Assembly (NCBI GenBank): GCA_002104905.1
Contig: MCFE01000474.1
Location: 1-64,000 of the forward strand
Direction: 5' to 3'
Origin: Basidiobolus meristosporus CBS 931.73
Lineage: Eukaryota > Fungi > Basidiobolomycota
Length of the DNA: 64,000 nucleotides
The translations under genes were made by a program, and so were the position numbers. The stretch's first letter is position 1. Each line of letters begins with the position of its first letter. The notes beneath the pieces were generated by a model, which searched no databases, was not told where the DNA came from, and worked only from the letters and a program-made list of their open reading frames with translations. Shown piece by piece: positions 47,043-59,500 of the stretch.

Positions 47043-47463
47043 ATGTCTCGCGGAAGGGACGAGCAAAAGAAAATGGACATCGCCAAATACCAGGACCAGA
47101 TCTACTATTCCGATAGATACAGTGGTAAGCAACTTTCGACTTCCCCCGACCAACCGAGAGTAAACTAAGTTCCTGTTGAAGATGATGAGTATGAGTTTAG
47201 ACACGTGACACTACCCAAACCCCTTGTCAAGTACGTCCCAAAGATCGTCTGATGTCCGAGGAGGAATGGAGAGGCCTTGGTGTAACTCAATCCCCTGGTT
47301 GGGAGCATTACATGATTCACGGTAGGGTCAGTCTTTCTATCATAACCCGAAGAGCCCTCTGGACTAACCAACTCCCCTCCCAGCCCCCGAGCCACACATC
47401 CTACTATTCAAGAGAGAAAAAGACTACCAGTTGAAGTACCCCAATGGGAAGCCCAAGTGCTAA
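47043..47463 (+). CDS. CKS1: CDK regulatory subunit Cks1/Suc1; exons 47043-47124, 47182-47321, 47384-47463; apparent 1-nt deletion near 47240
   Basis: [21 protein letters not shown] and [35 protein letters not shown] are diagnostic, but the two halves of exon 2 are out of frame as given. Confidence 0.93.
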
Positions 47464-47868
47464 GCCGCGACCTTCCCATTGAATACACCACAATACATCC
47501 CACCCAAACCTGTCAGTCCACTACTTCTACATTCCATGTAATATATAAACTATCTCCCAATTCCTAAACCCTCGTTCCGCTTCTTCTACACAGAATCGAG
47601 CTTCTCGTCCACCCCGGATGTGGAATGTGCCAGAAGTATGGAATAAACCCGTTTCTAGAAGATGGATTGGATTGGAGATTCGAGCTTTATTTCTAAAGTG
47701 AACAGAATGGGGATGCATAACATTTACTGATGTATGTGGGTGTGCGAATATGGGTGCTGGACTTGTAGCCGATTGGAGTAGAAAGATAAAGATTCAAGAA
47801 ATTACTCTCCCACGGCACCGCGGGAGGCGAATGTTGAAGATGTTTACATGGGTGGATGCGCCGGCCCT

Positions 47869-49770
47869 TTACAATGGGATGTTGCCATGCTTCTTGGCGG
47901 GGTTGGTGAGCTTCTTGTTCTCCAACATCTCAAGATCCTCGATGATTCTTCTACGTGTGGTGGATGGGACGATGATGTCATCCAAGTAGCCGCGAGAGGC
48001 GGCGGGGAGTGGGTTGGCGAACTTCTTGACGTACTCGGCCTCGGCGTCAGCTGGTGGGGCCAGTTAGTGAGTGGAACGCCGCACGGGCTGCTGAATTGAC
48101 TGTTACTTACCTCTGTTGGATTCGTTTCTGAAGATAATCTCGACCGCACCCTTGGCACCCATGACGGCAATCTCGGCGGTTGGCCAGGCGTAGTTAAGAT
48201 CACCACGGAGATGCTTGGAGCTCATGACATCGTAAGCACCACCATAAGCCTTACGAGTGATCACAGTGATCTTGGGAACGGTGGCCTCGGCGTAGGCGTA
48301 GAGCAACTTGGCGCCATGTCTAATGATGCCGTTGTATTCTTGGGCAGTACCAGGAAGGAAGCCAGGGACATCGACGAATGTGACGATGGGAATGTTGAAG
48401 GCATCGCAGAAGCGGACGAATCTGGCGGCCTTAACGGAGGAGTTGATGTCCAAAACACCCGAGGACACCAGAGGGTTGTTTCCAACGATTGAGACGGTGC
48501 GACCGTTCATACGTCCGAAACCAATGACAATGTTCTTGGCATAGTCTGGCATGACTTCGAAGAAGTGGCCGTCGTCGACCACTCTGGAGATGACGTCCTT
48601 CATGTCATAGGCCTGGGTGGAGTCAGCGGGAACGATCTGATCAAGGACGGGGTCTTGGCGTTCTTTGGAGTCCTTGGTGAAGCGGGTAGGGCTGCTCTCG
48701 CGGTTGGACAGTGGGATGAAGTCGACGAATTCTCTCAATTTGGCAATGGCCTCCATGTCGTTCTCGAATGCGTTGTGCGCAACACCGGACTTGACGGTGT
48801 GGGTCTTGGCTCCGCCCAACTCATCCTGGGTCACTGTTTCGTTGGTGACGGCCTTGACGACATCAGGCCCGGTGACAAAGAGGTAGGAGCTGTCACGGAC
48901 CATGAAGGTGAAGTCGGTAAGCGCGGGGGAGTAGACAGCACCACCGGCGCAAGGACCCATGATCATGGAGATCTGCGGAATCACTCCAGAGGCCTCAACG
49001 TTCTTCTGGAAAATATCAGCATAGCCAGCCAATGAATCAACTCCCTCTTGGATACGAGCACCTCCAGAGTCGTTGAGGCCAATGACAGGGGCGCCAACCA
49101 GCATTGCCTTATCCATGACCTGAAGAGATGGTTAGAACACGCTCACGTGAGAGCAACCTTTCACCTGCAAGTACCTTGCAAATCTTGGAGGCGTGCATCT
49201 TCGACAAACTGCCACCGAAAGCAGTGAAGTCCTGACTGAACACGTACACCAGACGGCCGTTGATTTTACCGTAGCCAGTGACGACACCGTCTCCGGTGAT
49301 CTTGTTGTTTTGCATTCCGAAGTCGTAGCACTGGTGCTCGACAAAAGCATCGTACTCCCTGAAGGTTCCGGCGTCCAGCAAGAGATCGATTCTCTCGCGG
49401 GCAGTCAGCTTGCCCTTGAGAACAGATGCGGTTTAGTAAAGGGAGGAAGGAGGTCGTCAGAATGGGAAGCTCACTTTGTTATGCTGGGCGTCGATACGCT
49501 TTTGGCCACCTCCAAGAGTAGCGGCCGTTCTTTTCTCCTCGATTCTTTCAAGGATAGCCTGGTGAAATGAGCTGAAGTAAGGAAACCTGCAACGTCAGCA
49601 AGAAAAGACGAGTTCTCACAAACCTGCTCTTTGGTGTTGCCAGTGGCGTATCCTCTGAGCAGAGAAACGGAGCTTAGGCGGGTGATGGGAGCTTTGGCAG
49701 CGAACATATTGAGTCTAGCGCGACCCAACATAGGGGCGGCGTAGCGTGATAGTAACTGGGCAGTGCGCAT
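47869..49770 (-). CDS. PCCB: Propionyl-CoA carboxylase beta chain, mitochondrial; exons 49770-49624, 49558-49475, 49414-49175, 49119-48111, 48050-47869
   Basis: [70 protein letters not shown]-terminal KKHGNIPL; presequence-like N-terminus. Confidence 0.95.
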
Positions 49771-51034
49771 TTTTGGGGAAAAAGCACAGTCAACGTAAAA
49801 TGGTTCAAAAACTTGGCCTTGATGTGGGCTCCTCCCAGGGCCTATATTTATGTATTGTCGGAAAAGGCGCGCCGGTAAAGTCTATCGGTATTTTGGGCAG
49901 CAACCTCATGAACAATCAATACAGTCGAAGCTACCCGGGATGCTACGCAATCGAGCCAATTCTACCCGTATTGAGGCTTAAAAATGGATGACATCTAGAT
50001 GTCCACCCCCATGTGATTGGTAACTACCTTCATTTAAGACTCCGGAAGGACACGACCAATTAAGCCATTTGTGTATGGGGCAATTGCCTGAGCCTTCGAA
50101 ATTCTCACGGATCGTTGCCATTCTGAAACATCAGCCAAATGCCATATTTCCCTCCGCTTGACAACACGTATTGGTGGAGGATTAGGTTACTCAACCGCAT
50201 GTAAGGTTCTCTCCGTAATGGCCGCTCCGAAGGGGAAGGTCATTGGAGCGGCCGAGCTGGTGTGAGTGCGAGCTCGGCAAAGGCTCGCAACAGGCCAGAA
50301 CTTCCTCCAGAACAGGGATGGCTTTGAGTAACTCCGAGTGAGAATATAACTATATCTGTGCCGGCGGCAATGCGTAATCGTCCCAAGTGGCACAATTGGG
50401 AATCTCTTAAGGTTACTGCTTAGGCAGTAGCTGCTAAGGCATACTGCAAGTCTCGAATTATCCACACTCAGTGGCTTGGGTAATTGGCCTCAATAAATGA
50501 GATCATTGTAATGATCGGATTCAGGCCATTATTATCGGGATGTAGCAGCTAATTCTGGTTGAACGATCTTCAGGAATCATCAATGTGGGGGCATCCCGTG
50601 GAGGCTGCGATTGGGGCTCTTTTCAACCAGGGTTACCTAAGCTATGTGGATGTCTCAGAGTGGGTTCCGATTTCTGGCATCCACTGAGAGATACAGGCAT
50701 ATTACTTTTATGAGTTGACGAACAGAAGCTCTGGTTTCTGCATCCAGATCGAAATTTGGAACTGGCCAGCCATCACTGATGCTGACGGGATCTAGAGTCC
50801 AAGTTCAGGGGTGAGGCCAGAATCCATGCGCGGCGACCGTGGTATTATTGAGGACTCTCACGGGTGCGGTAACCCCGGTGGCCTCCAGGTAAATTACCCA
50901 TTTGAATGCAGTAGCATTGTAAAACTATGTATAGGCTCAGGGATACACGTGAACCGACTACCGTTTCCACAAAAGCCCATGGTTCTTATATATATCCTTT
51001 GCTCCATGCTATCACCTCAACTCTCCGCAAGAAT

Positions 51035-53609
51035 ATGTTTGCTAAACTAAGACACGTCCCTCGGTTTTCGGCCAACTTGTTGTTGGCTCGTCAATCTGCA
51101 GTAACTCTTCGTCCTGCTTCCTACCAATTTATCCATACCACAGCTACTGCTTTCAAGGCTAATGTGCAAGAGAACGTTGACTATGGAAAGGTGAGCTTCC
51201 CCAGAGCAACCCTCTCTTTCCGCACTGCGAGACTGACGTCCGCTTTTCTTCTAGACTTTCGATAAGATTTTGATTGCCAACCGTGGTGAAATTGCCTGCA
51301 GAGTCATTCGTACTTGTAAGAAGATGGGCATCAAGACCGTTGCCATTTACTCCGACGCCGACGCCAACAGTCTCCACGTCAAGCTTGCTGATGAGGCCTA
51401 CAACGTGGTAAGTACCGGCTGACAAAGACAAGCAGTTGGGACTCGCTTTTGAATATCTTCTTCAGGGACCTGCTCCTACCAGCCAGAGTTACCTCAACGT
51501 GCCCGCTATTCTAAACGCTATCAAAGAGAGTGGCGCCAAGGCCGTTCACCCAGGTGACCGCCACCTCTAGACCACTTCTGCCCAAAGCGAGGCTCCTAAC
51601 CGTTCCATCAACTAGGATATGGCTTCTTGTCAGAAAACGCCGCCTTTGTCCAGACCCTTGAGAAGGAAGGTGTCACTTTCATTGGCCCCGGTGAATACGC
51701 CATGGGCGCTATGGGTGATAAGATCCAGAGTAAAATCATTGCTAAGGAAGCCGGTGTCAGCACGATTCCTGGCTTCAACGGAGTCGTTAGAGATGCCGAT
51801 CACGCCTTGGAAATCGGTAAGAAACTTCACAGGCTGTGTGGTGGGAACCAACCTAACTGTGAGATGTCTTAGCTCATGAGATTGGGTACCCTGTAATGTT
51901 GAAGGCCTCTGCTGGTGGTGGTGGCAAGGGTATGCGTATTGCTTGGTAAGTGGGATTCACGCATCTAATAGTGCTGCCTGGGCAACACTAACGGCATCCG
52001 TAGGAACGACGAGGAGGTCGTCTCTGGCTTCAAGATCGCCTCCAGCGAGTCCATGTCTAGCTTCGGTGACAACAGATTGCTCGTTGAAAAATATGTTGAC
52101 AACCCACGTCACATCGAAATCCAGATTCTGGCCGACAAACACGACAACGTAGTTTATCTTCCCGAAAGAGAATGCTCCATCCAACGTCGTAACCAGAAGG
52201 TTATCGAAGAAGCCCCCAGTACTCACTTGGACGAAGCCACCAGAAAGGCCATGGGTGAACAAGCAGTTGCTCTGGCCAAGAAAGTCGGCTACTCCTCTGC
52301 TGGTAAGTCAAGGGTGTTTCGCTGAGATGGCCCAAATCTTCTAACATGCTTGTTCCTAGGTACTGTTGAATTCTTGGTTGACTCCCAAAGAAACTTCTAT
52401 TTCTTGGAGATGAACACCCGTCTTCAGGTGGAGCACCCTATCACTGAATATATCTCTGGAGTGGACCTTGTCGAGCAAATGATCCGCGTCGCTGCCGGCC
52501 AGAAGCTGGCTTTGCAACAAAAGGACCTCACCATCCACGGTTGGGCCATCGAATCCAGAGTGTATGCCGAGGATCCCGAGAAGTACCTTCCATCCATCGG
52601 TCGCCTCAGCAAGTACATTGAGCCCAAGAGCTTGAAGGGCAAGGGTGAAGTCAGATGCGACAGCGGTATTATTGAAGGAAGTGAGATCAGTATCTACTAC
52701 GACCCCATGATCTGTAAACTCTGCACTCACGGTGACACCAGAGACGAAGCCATTGAGAACATGAAGAAGGCCCTCGACTCCTATGTGATCAAGGGAGTCA
52801 CCCACAACATTCCTCTGCTTCGTGAAGTGGTCTCCCACCCTAGATTTGCCAGTGGCAAAATCTCCACCAAATTCCTTGCTGAAGAGTACCCAGAAGGATT
52901 TAAGGGACATTCTCTCAACGAGGAGACATCGAACGAGCTCGCTTCAATCGCTGCTCTAGTGTACGCTAAGCGTGACATCCGCAACAAGGCCTTTGGCAAG
53001 GACCTCAACCTCAGCGAGCTTGAAAGAAAGGTTCCCCAAGAGTGGAACTTGTATGTGAACCCCACCCCCGCCGACAAGGACAAGGTGATGAAGGTAAAGG
53101 TCAGCAGGGAGGGACCTGTCTCCCTCGAATCCAACTCCAAGTTCTCGGTCTCCATCGATGATAAGGAGCCAGTTGCCGTCGAGGCTGACTGGGAACTTGA
53201 GTCATCCTTGGTAAACGCTCGCTTCAACGAAAAGGAGGTTGACGTTCAATACCTCGATCCCCAGCCACTAGGCTTCAAGCTTCAACACTACGGCACCAAG
53301 TTCGATGTTAGTGTCCTCAATGAGGCCCAGCAACAATTCTCTCAATACATGAAGGAGAAGCCCAAGCAAGACATGGCCAAGTTCCTGATCTCTCCTATGC
53401 CCGGAAGTGTTGTCAGCATTGCCGTCAAGCCAGGTGATGTTATTGCCGAAGGAGCAGAGTTGGCAGTGGTCGAAGCCATGAAGATGCAGAACGTCTTGCG
53501 GGCCACTCGTGTCGGCAAAGTAAAGAAGGTGTACACCCAACCCGGCACTAGCGTTGGTGCAGAGGAGATCCTTATTGAATTCGAGGATGACAAGCCCGAG
53601 GCCAAATAA
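51035..53609 (+). CDS. PCCA: Propionyl-CoA carboxylase alpha chain, mitochondrial (biotin carboxylase + BCCP), 7 exons
   Basis: [82 protein letters not shown], biotinylation motif EAMKMQN. Confidence 0.95.
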
Positions 53610-53871
53610 GCAGCTCACCAAGCCAGTCATTCAACCAAATCTCCATTCATTCACACCGAGTTCCAGCAACAGTGCATTTATTTTACTTTCAATCTATCAT
53701 CAACCAATAGCCCAACATGCCAGATAATTTCTGATGGCCTTGATTGCACCAATGTATAGCATTTTTAGACACATTTTGTTAAATAAAAATGTCTTCCTTC
53801 TACATTAGCATGGGCAATTGCCGGCATGCTGGTCAGGATTGATTCTAAACTAAACAAACAAATCAGGTAGT

Positions 53872-54063
53872 GCTTAACCAGGACCGACTTTTAAATGTTG
53901 CATCAACATGTGCTTAACCATGCGGTGAGTCACCAACATAGCTGACCAGGATGGACCGCCAACCCCAAATGGACGACTCACGTGCCCAACTAGGATGGAC
54001 AATGTCGCTTCTGCGTTCGCTTAACTATGTGATTAATAACCGACATAGCTAACCAGGATGGAC
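53872..54063. repeat. Degenerate direct repeats (GCTTAACYATG...ACATAGCTRACCAGGATGGAC)
   Basis: ~45-bp unit at 53912-53956 and 54019-54063; partial copies at ~53872 and ~53990. Confidence 0.6.
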
Positions 54064-54255
54064 TTCTCCATGTCGCTCCAACATCACCGGAGCCGGCTTG
54101 GTATTGGTAACGCTAACCTCTACGATTGGATGGATCGATGGATCAACGGATCACCAATCGCCAATCGCCAATCCAAGAATATTCATAAACGAGTGCACAT
54201 GTGATGAGTTCCTTCTTTTCCAAAACCCAGCTGCGTTTGATATCTCCCATCCGTC

Positions 54256-54594
54256 ATGGTATGCACCACCCATCCATCTTATTGACAACGGCTGTTACTC
54301 ACCCAACTTATGTGAATTTAGACTAAGGGTACCCAAAGTTTTGGTAAACGCCACACCAAGAGTCACACTCTCTGCCGTCGTTGTGGCAAGCGCTCTTTCC
54401 ATAACCAGAAGAAGACTTGCGCCTCTTGTGGATACCCTGCTGCCAAGATCCGCAGCTTCAACTGGGGCCAGAAGGCCAAGCGTAGAAAGACTACCGGCAC
54501 TGGTCGTATGAGATATCTTAAGAACGTGTCCCGTCGCTTCAAGAATGGTTTCCGTGAGGGTACTCAAGCTCAAAAGCAAACTGCCTCTGCTTAA
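54256..54594 (+). CDS. RPL37: 60S ribosomal protein L37 (eL37); exons 54256-54258, 54322-54594
   Basis: [68 protein letters not shown]; intron directly after the ATG. Confidence 0.97.
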
Positions 54595-55044
54595 GAATCC
54601 AAACTCCTCTGCATTTAATGAACCTTAATTTGCCGGCTTAGATTGTCTTCTCTCAATAAAGTATGCATGTTTTCATGGAAGTTGGTTGCTAGTTTACTTT
54701 GAGGGGACACTCGCAGGGAGTAGCCCAATGATTGATCGCTCTTCACATAAACAGTCGTTTTCGACGTGAATGCCATCTGCGTTTTCTACATTGTAGTGGT
54801 ATACCTTGTGCGGGGGCCAGTGCTTGTCGGGTGTGTCCGTTTCAATGCGATGCAAACCTATGCCAAGTTCCAAATTTAATCAGCAAACACCTGCCACGGG
54901 ATGTCCAATCAGATTGCACAACTCTCATTCTGAGCTTCGCGCGGAGGGGAAAAATTCTATTGACTGGCAAATTTCTCCCATTGATAGTCCGTCTTTCCGC
55001 TATATCTCTTTGGCTGCAGAAACTTTCTACCCTCTTATCCAACC

Positions 55045-55464
55045 ATGAACGCAACCAGAACCCTCCTTACCGGACGCGTCGCACCACGCGTAACCAGCTC
55101 TGTGCAGAAGCTCTCCGAGCAGGAGTATACCAGACAGAAGGCCCAGAACGCCTACAAATGGCTGTCTAAGGACGCCAAGAAAGTTGTGGATAGCGGAGAA
55201 AAAATCCAGCCCGCCGGGTTTTTCAAAATCACTTTGATTCGTTCCCCCATTGGCCTCCACCCAAAAACCCGCAGAGCCGTAAAGGCCCTTGGTTTCAGGA
55301 AATTGCAGCAGACTATATTTAGACCACAAACCCCCGACGTTGCTGGTACCATTTTGAAATTGAAGGAGCTCTTGAGGGTCCACAATGTAAAACAACCCCA
55401 CGAGACAAGAGTCAAGGCGGCTAGAGGTTTTGAGGTTGAAAGATCCCATGGTTTCAACTATTGA
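55045..55464 (+). CDS. MRPL33: Mitochondrial ribosomal protein uL30m (Mrpl33-like), 139 aa
   Basis: FFKITLIRSPIGL...VKALGFRKL...VAGTILKLKELLRV matches the L30 fold of fungal Mrpl33; presequence-like N-terminus. Confidence 0.85.
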   Translation: MNATRTLLTGRVAPRVTSSVQKLSEQEYTRQKAQNAYKWLSKDAKKVVDSGEKIQPAGFFKITLIRSPIGLHPKTRRAVKALGFRKLQQTIFRPQTPDVAGTILKLKELLRVHNVKQPHETRVKAARGFEVERSHGFNY

Positions 55465-55898
55465 ACCATGAATTGCGTGGCACGCATATATATAACACAT
55501 CAAACAACCTACATTAGAGTAACTCCGCTTCATGTTCTTGCTCTCGATCATTTTCAGGCTCCTCTTGAGAATATTCAGTCTTTACACATCATTTATTCAC
55601 CCCAATTCTTTTCATATACTACCTTCATTCGCTCCTGTATTTGCTATCTAAGGATTAAATATACGAGTCCTCAAAGATGAATCCATGCTGGTTGCCCAGT
55701 ACTGCTGACCGGGCCAAACCGGCAAGTCCTTGCTCTTCATATAAGTTGCCCGGAACATGGTAACAACCGCAGCCGCGCTGGTGAAGTTTAATTCTGCGTT
55801 TAACGGAATAATAATATTGTGGTGAAGAATTAAAAGGCGCTTGGGGTGGGATTTACATCTGGTTTCTTTATATCTTGGGAGCAGGCCGAGTGGCAATA

Positions 55899-56537
55899 TC
55901 ATAGCCGAAACTCCAGTGGAACTTGAAGCTCGAGAAGATCTTGCCTAAGGTTGATTTGGCATGGGTCCCTGTCGGTCGCTGATCGAATGGGTAACCTGAG
56001 TTTTGGGATGGCGTGCCTCTGAAGCAGGCGAGGGAAAGGGTGCCTGTACGAACGGGAGATAAAATCATTGCGGATGTATGCCATATACTTGTCGCTAGTT
56101 ACGAACAGATTCGAGATGGGCGGCAGCTTAATCCCCTTTGAAGGCTCGGCTGGGGCGGGTGATTGCTCTCCTCTCGTCTCGTGTGGGTAATGGATGTCGG
56201 ATAAAGACACTTCGCTTGGTTGGGACTTCTTCTTCATCTCCTGCCTTTTGTTCTGGAACCATATCTGAACACTTCTAGGGTGCATGCCAACTTTCTGAGC
56301 GATCTTTTCCCGCAGTTCCTTCGAGGGAAAGTTGTTGTGTTTGAGTATTTGGTTCAGCATTTTAATCTGATGAGAGTTGGCGCGTTTTCGCTTCGCTTTG
56401 ACCGCCCGACCATTGACATTTCTGGATATGGTGGCCTCCTGGTCAAAGGACCTTAAGAGTTGGTCGATTTCGTAGCTCTCGGCTACAGGGCTGGGCGTGT
56501 CATCGCAGTAGGTGTAGGAGGCGTCTTCTGAGCTCAT
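55899..56537 (-). CDS. Homeodomain transcription factor (Yox1/Yhp1-like); 3' end uncertain
   Basis: KRKRANSHQIKMLNQ...FPSKELREKIAQKVGMHPRSVQIWFQNKRQEMKK; downstream KLPPI motif. Confidence 0.85.
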   Translation of the reverse strand: MSSEDASYTYCDDTPSPVAESYEIDQLLRSFDQEATISRNVNGRAVKAKRKRANSHQIKMLNQILKHNNFPSKELREKIAQKVGMHPRSVQIWFQNKRQEMKKKSQPSEVSLSDIHYPHETRGEQSPAPAEPSKGIKLPPISNLFVTSDKYMAYIRNDFISRSYRHPFPRLLQRHAIPKLRLPIRSATDRDPCQINLRQDLLELQVPLEFRL

Positions 56538-59500
56538 GTTGGCAGTCGGTGGCAACCTACATGTACGGGCTTCTGATCACCGTCTTTATAAGTCTGGAGA
56601 ATTATAGTATATACATTAGGTTTTAGCGCAAGGTGTCAAGGAGCCTCGCCGTCACGTTAAACATAGTTTAGTGATATCAATCTCTTCTACATCAACGATA
56701 TACTTGTTGCCTTATTGGGTCAGTGTTTACTGATGCGCATGGTTGCATGGAGATTGATTTCCATGGACATTTCGTGATCAAAAATAGAGCATTTAGTGAA
56801 TGCCGCAAGGGCATTGTGGCATTGTCAGTCATTACACTAGATGAGTGGATGAAGTGGAAGCATGATAAATGGGAGGTTGAGCGAGGGAATTTGCCACTAA
56901 GGCTGTCTTAGTCACTTAAATGAATCCTCGTTGATAGTCTTTCCATTTATCAAACTCAGGATCATACGGTTGATGCTGACAAGGGATGAGTGGTTCGACA
57001 CTTCCAATATATTGAATTCTGGTTAGGCTCGGGGTTCAGGTTTATTTAGGTCTAGATACGCATATAAGGGTGGGTGGGGTGTCGCTGGGAAGTTATAATA
57101 ATTGCGTTCCTTCAGAGACACTTGCATGCTGGACATGAGTGTGTGTACAGTGGGATGAAGTGTGTTCTCTGCCTGGGATTGTATGCTGTGCACGGTCTAT
57201 GCTTGGGATGATAGACTGCGTGTGCTCGCTGCTCCGCTATATCATTCCATCATGTCGATTACCATCACTCGATCCCCATGTGTGCATTTTACCGAGTAGA
57301 TATTCATGCAATGTTACGAGAATTGACGTTAACTGATCAGTCCTCGATCTGGATACATGATTTGTTTGTTTCTTAGATTTCAGAGCGAACGGATTGGCAA
57401 CACTTGCCGCACTGTAGCTCCCAAACATTCATCCGATGCATCAGAAATCTCGAGGAGTCCCACTTGGCAACTTCGATTATATCATTCTACTTGCACCGTT
57501 TGGTGTCGTGTCTTTCGGGGCCTCTGATCCTGGAAAAGATGAACCATGGTCCCTGCACAAGGATGTCATGGAAAGTGTGGGTGGATATCATTTGAATGTG
57601 ACCACCACTTCCCTCCATTGGGCCTTCTGATGCAAACTTGTTCCCTTCATTGGCGCTAATATTTTTGTTAGGCACTGGTTTCAAAATCATCTAGATTGGT
57701 TTGGCACCCGAGCCAAATAGATGAAGTCAATTAGTCGTTGATTTCCACCATCCAACCTCTGTTCAGTGGGTAGTTAAGCATCTGGATAACCTAACTGATG
57801 ATAATAATCAAGCGGGATATGTCATGCTACCTGGGAAATCTTATTCGCGCCCTGTTGTTAGCCAGCACAGACCCATATCGAACAACATGCTGAAGTATAT
57901 TCCGATTACATATGAACGCCACCGATAGATCCATAAACGCCGACTAATACATGGGAGAATTCAATCTCGCTTTTGTAACATATTGCGTTGATGAAGTTCG
58001 TGATTCAAGCAATCCATGGTGGATGATCATTGTTGGCGCTGGCGAGTTGCATCCCGTTCTCCGTTACCTTGGCGCTCTCTGGTTCTATACTGCAGAAATA
58101 AATACCGCCAGAATCCTCAAAGGACAACATCCGTAGAATATTTTCAAAGGAACCACAGTTACGTAGGTGGTTTTTGTTCACACAAACGAGGTAGTCAAGG
58201 TAATATATATGAGAGGGGCATTGATCCCAGAAATCAGCTGAATCCCTCTCGCTCGGACTACCAGCATGACAAAGCGATACAATCAACAATGCTCATTCTC
58301 GCTTGAGCCATCAACGCGATGTAAGTGTGACCTGTCCCAAATACATTGCTGGTTATAGAGAGCACCTGGCGTGGATGTATACTGCGAGCGGTATAGATGT
58401 CTCTAGCGAGTTCCATGCATGTGTTTTTATCAGCAGTAGCCTAGGATGATCATCTTTTTATCTTTAGCTAACCGTCAGTCGTCCTAGCATCAAGCCTCCA
58501 CTTGTCAAAACTAATGGCCATGCCCGACTTGCGAACATATCTGATAGTTGCCTGACTTGGGTCTGATAGTCATATCTTGCTCAAGCAATCCTTGGCGAAT
58601 TGTTTGGACCATTAGGGCTGGCCCGGTGAAACTTCCTCATGGAGGAGGCCACTGCCAGTTTGCCATTTCGTGGGATAATATGTGAAGCCATCTACAGCAA
58701 TTTTCTCATAGTATGGTTCTAAACCAGTAGTCAAATACATCAAATTTTCCTCTTTGTCAGTTTGAGACTTGAAATAGTAGTGGAAGACGAAGGCCAAACA
58801 TTGCTTAGCTGCAATATTGTCAATATGATCAGCTTCCATTCATAAATCAGAAATGGCTTGATGGCTAAGCCATGATGGATCACTGGATTTAACACGGCAT
58901 CTGATGACAAGGATTATCACACTACACATCGTGTACTTTGACCATCTCAGACTGCCTTTTCAAAATGTACATCCGTGTGTAGAGTTTGGCTTTTGAATGT
59001 GTTTGTGCTGTATATACTGTTTTGGCCCCATGTCTCTCTTACACCTGACTTAGTGGCCAGTGCTACAGTATGCAGATTTGTGAAGAGCATAATACAGTCA
59101 AGTCTAATTGAATATTGACCAATAGCTATCGCTCACAATGGCTATGGTGTGATTGGTAGCGTGGATAGCAGGTTTGATATGTATTCTATTGGCACCCAGT
59201 TAATATGAATTATCATACTATTTTCATGACCTTCTACAGCCCACTTTTATAAGTATCGTGGTGAAGTCGCATATAAGATATTGATACTTCTCTTTTACTC
59301 AATATGGGAAACCCCACTGATTCCTAATGAATGCCCAAGTTCCAGTTCCGCGACTAACACTAATATGCGGGAAGTGAGTATCATGACAACATTCAACCAT
59401 TCCAGATGACTGATTTGGCAGTTCTTGGATCGCGGAAAAAGTGCAGATACAAAAATTTTAAAATCATTCATGAGCCTCTAACCCTGAACATATTTTTCCA

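Noticed and set aside
39464-53630. Many long antisense and alternate-frame ORFs over DPP5, CTF18, PCCB and PCCA
   Set aside because: Expected shadows of GC-rich, codon-biased genes; no motifs of their own.
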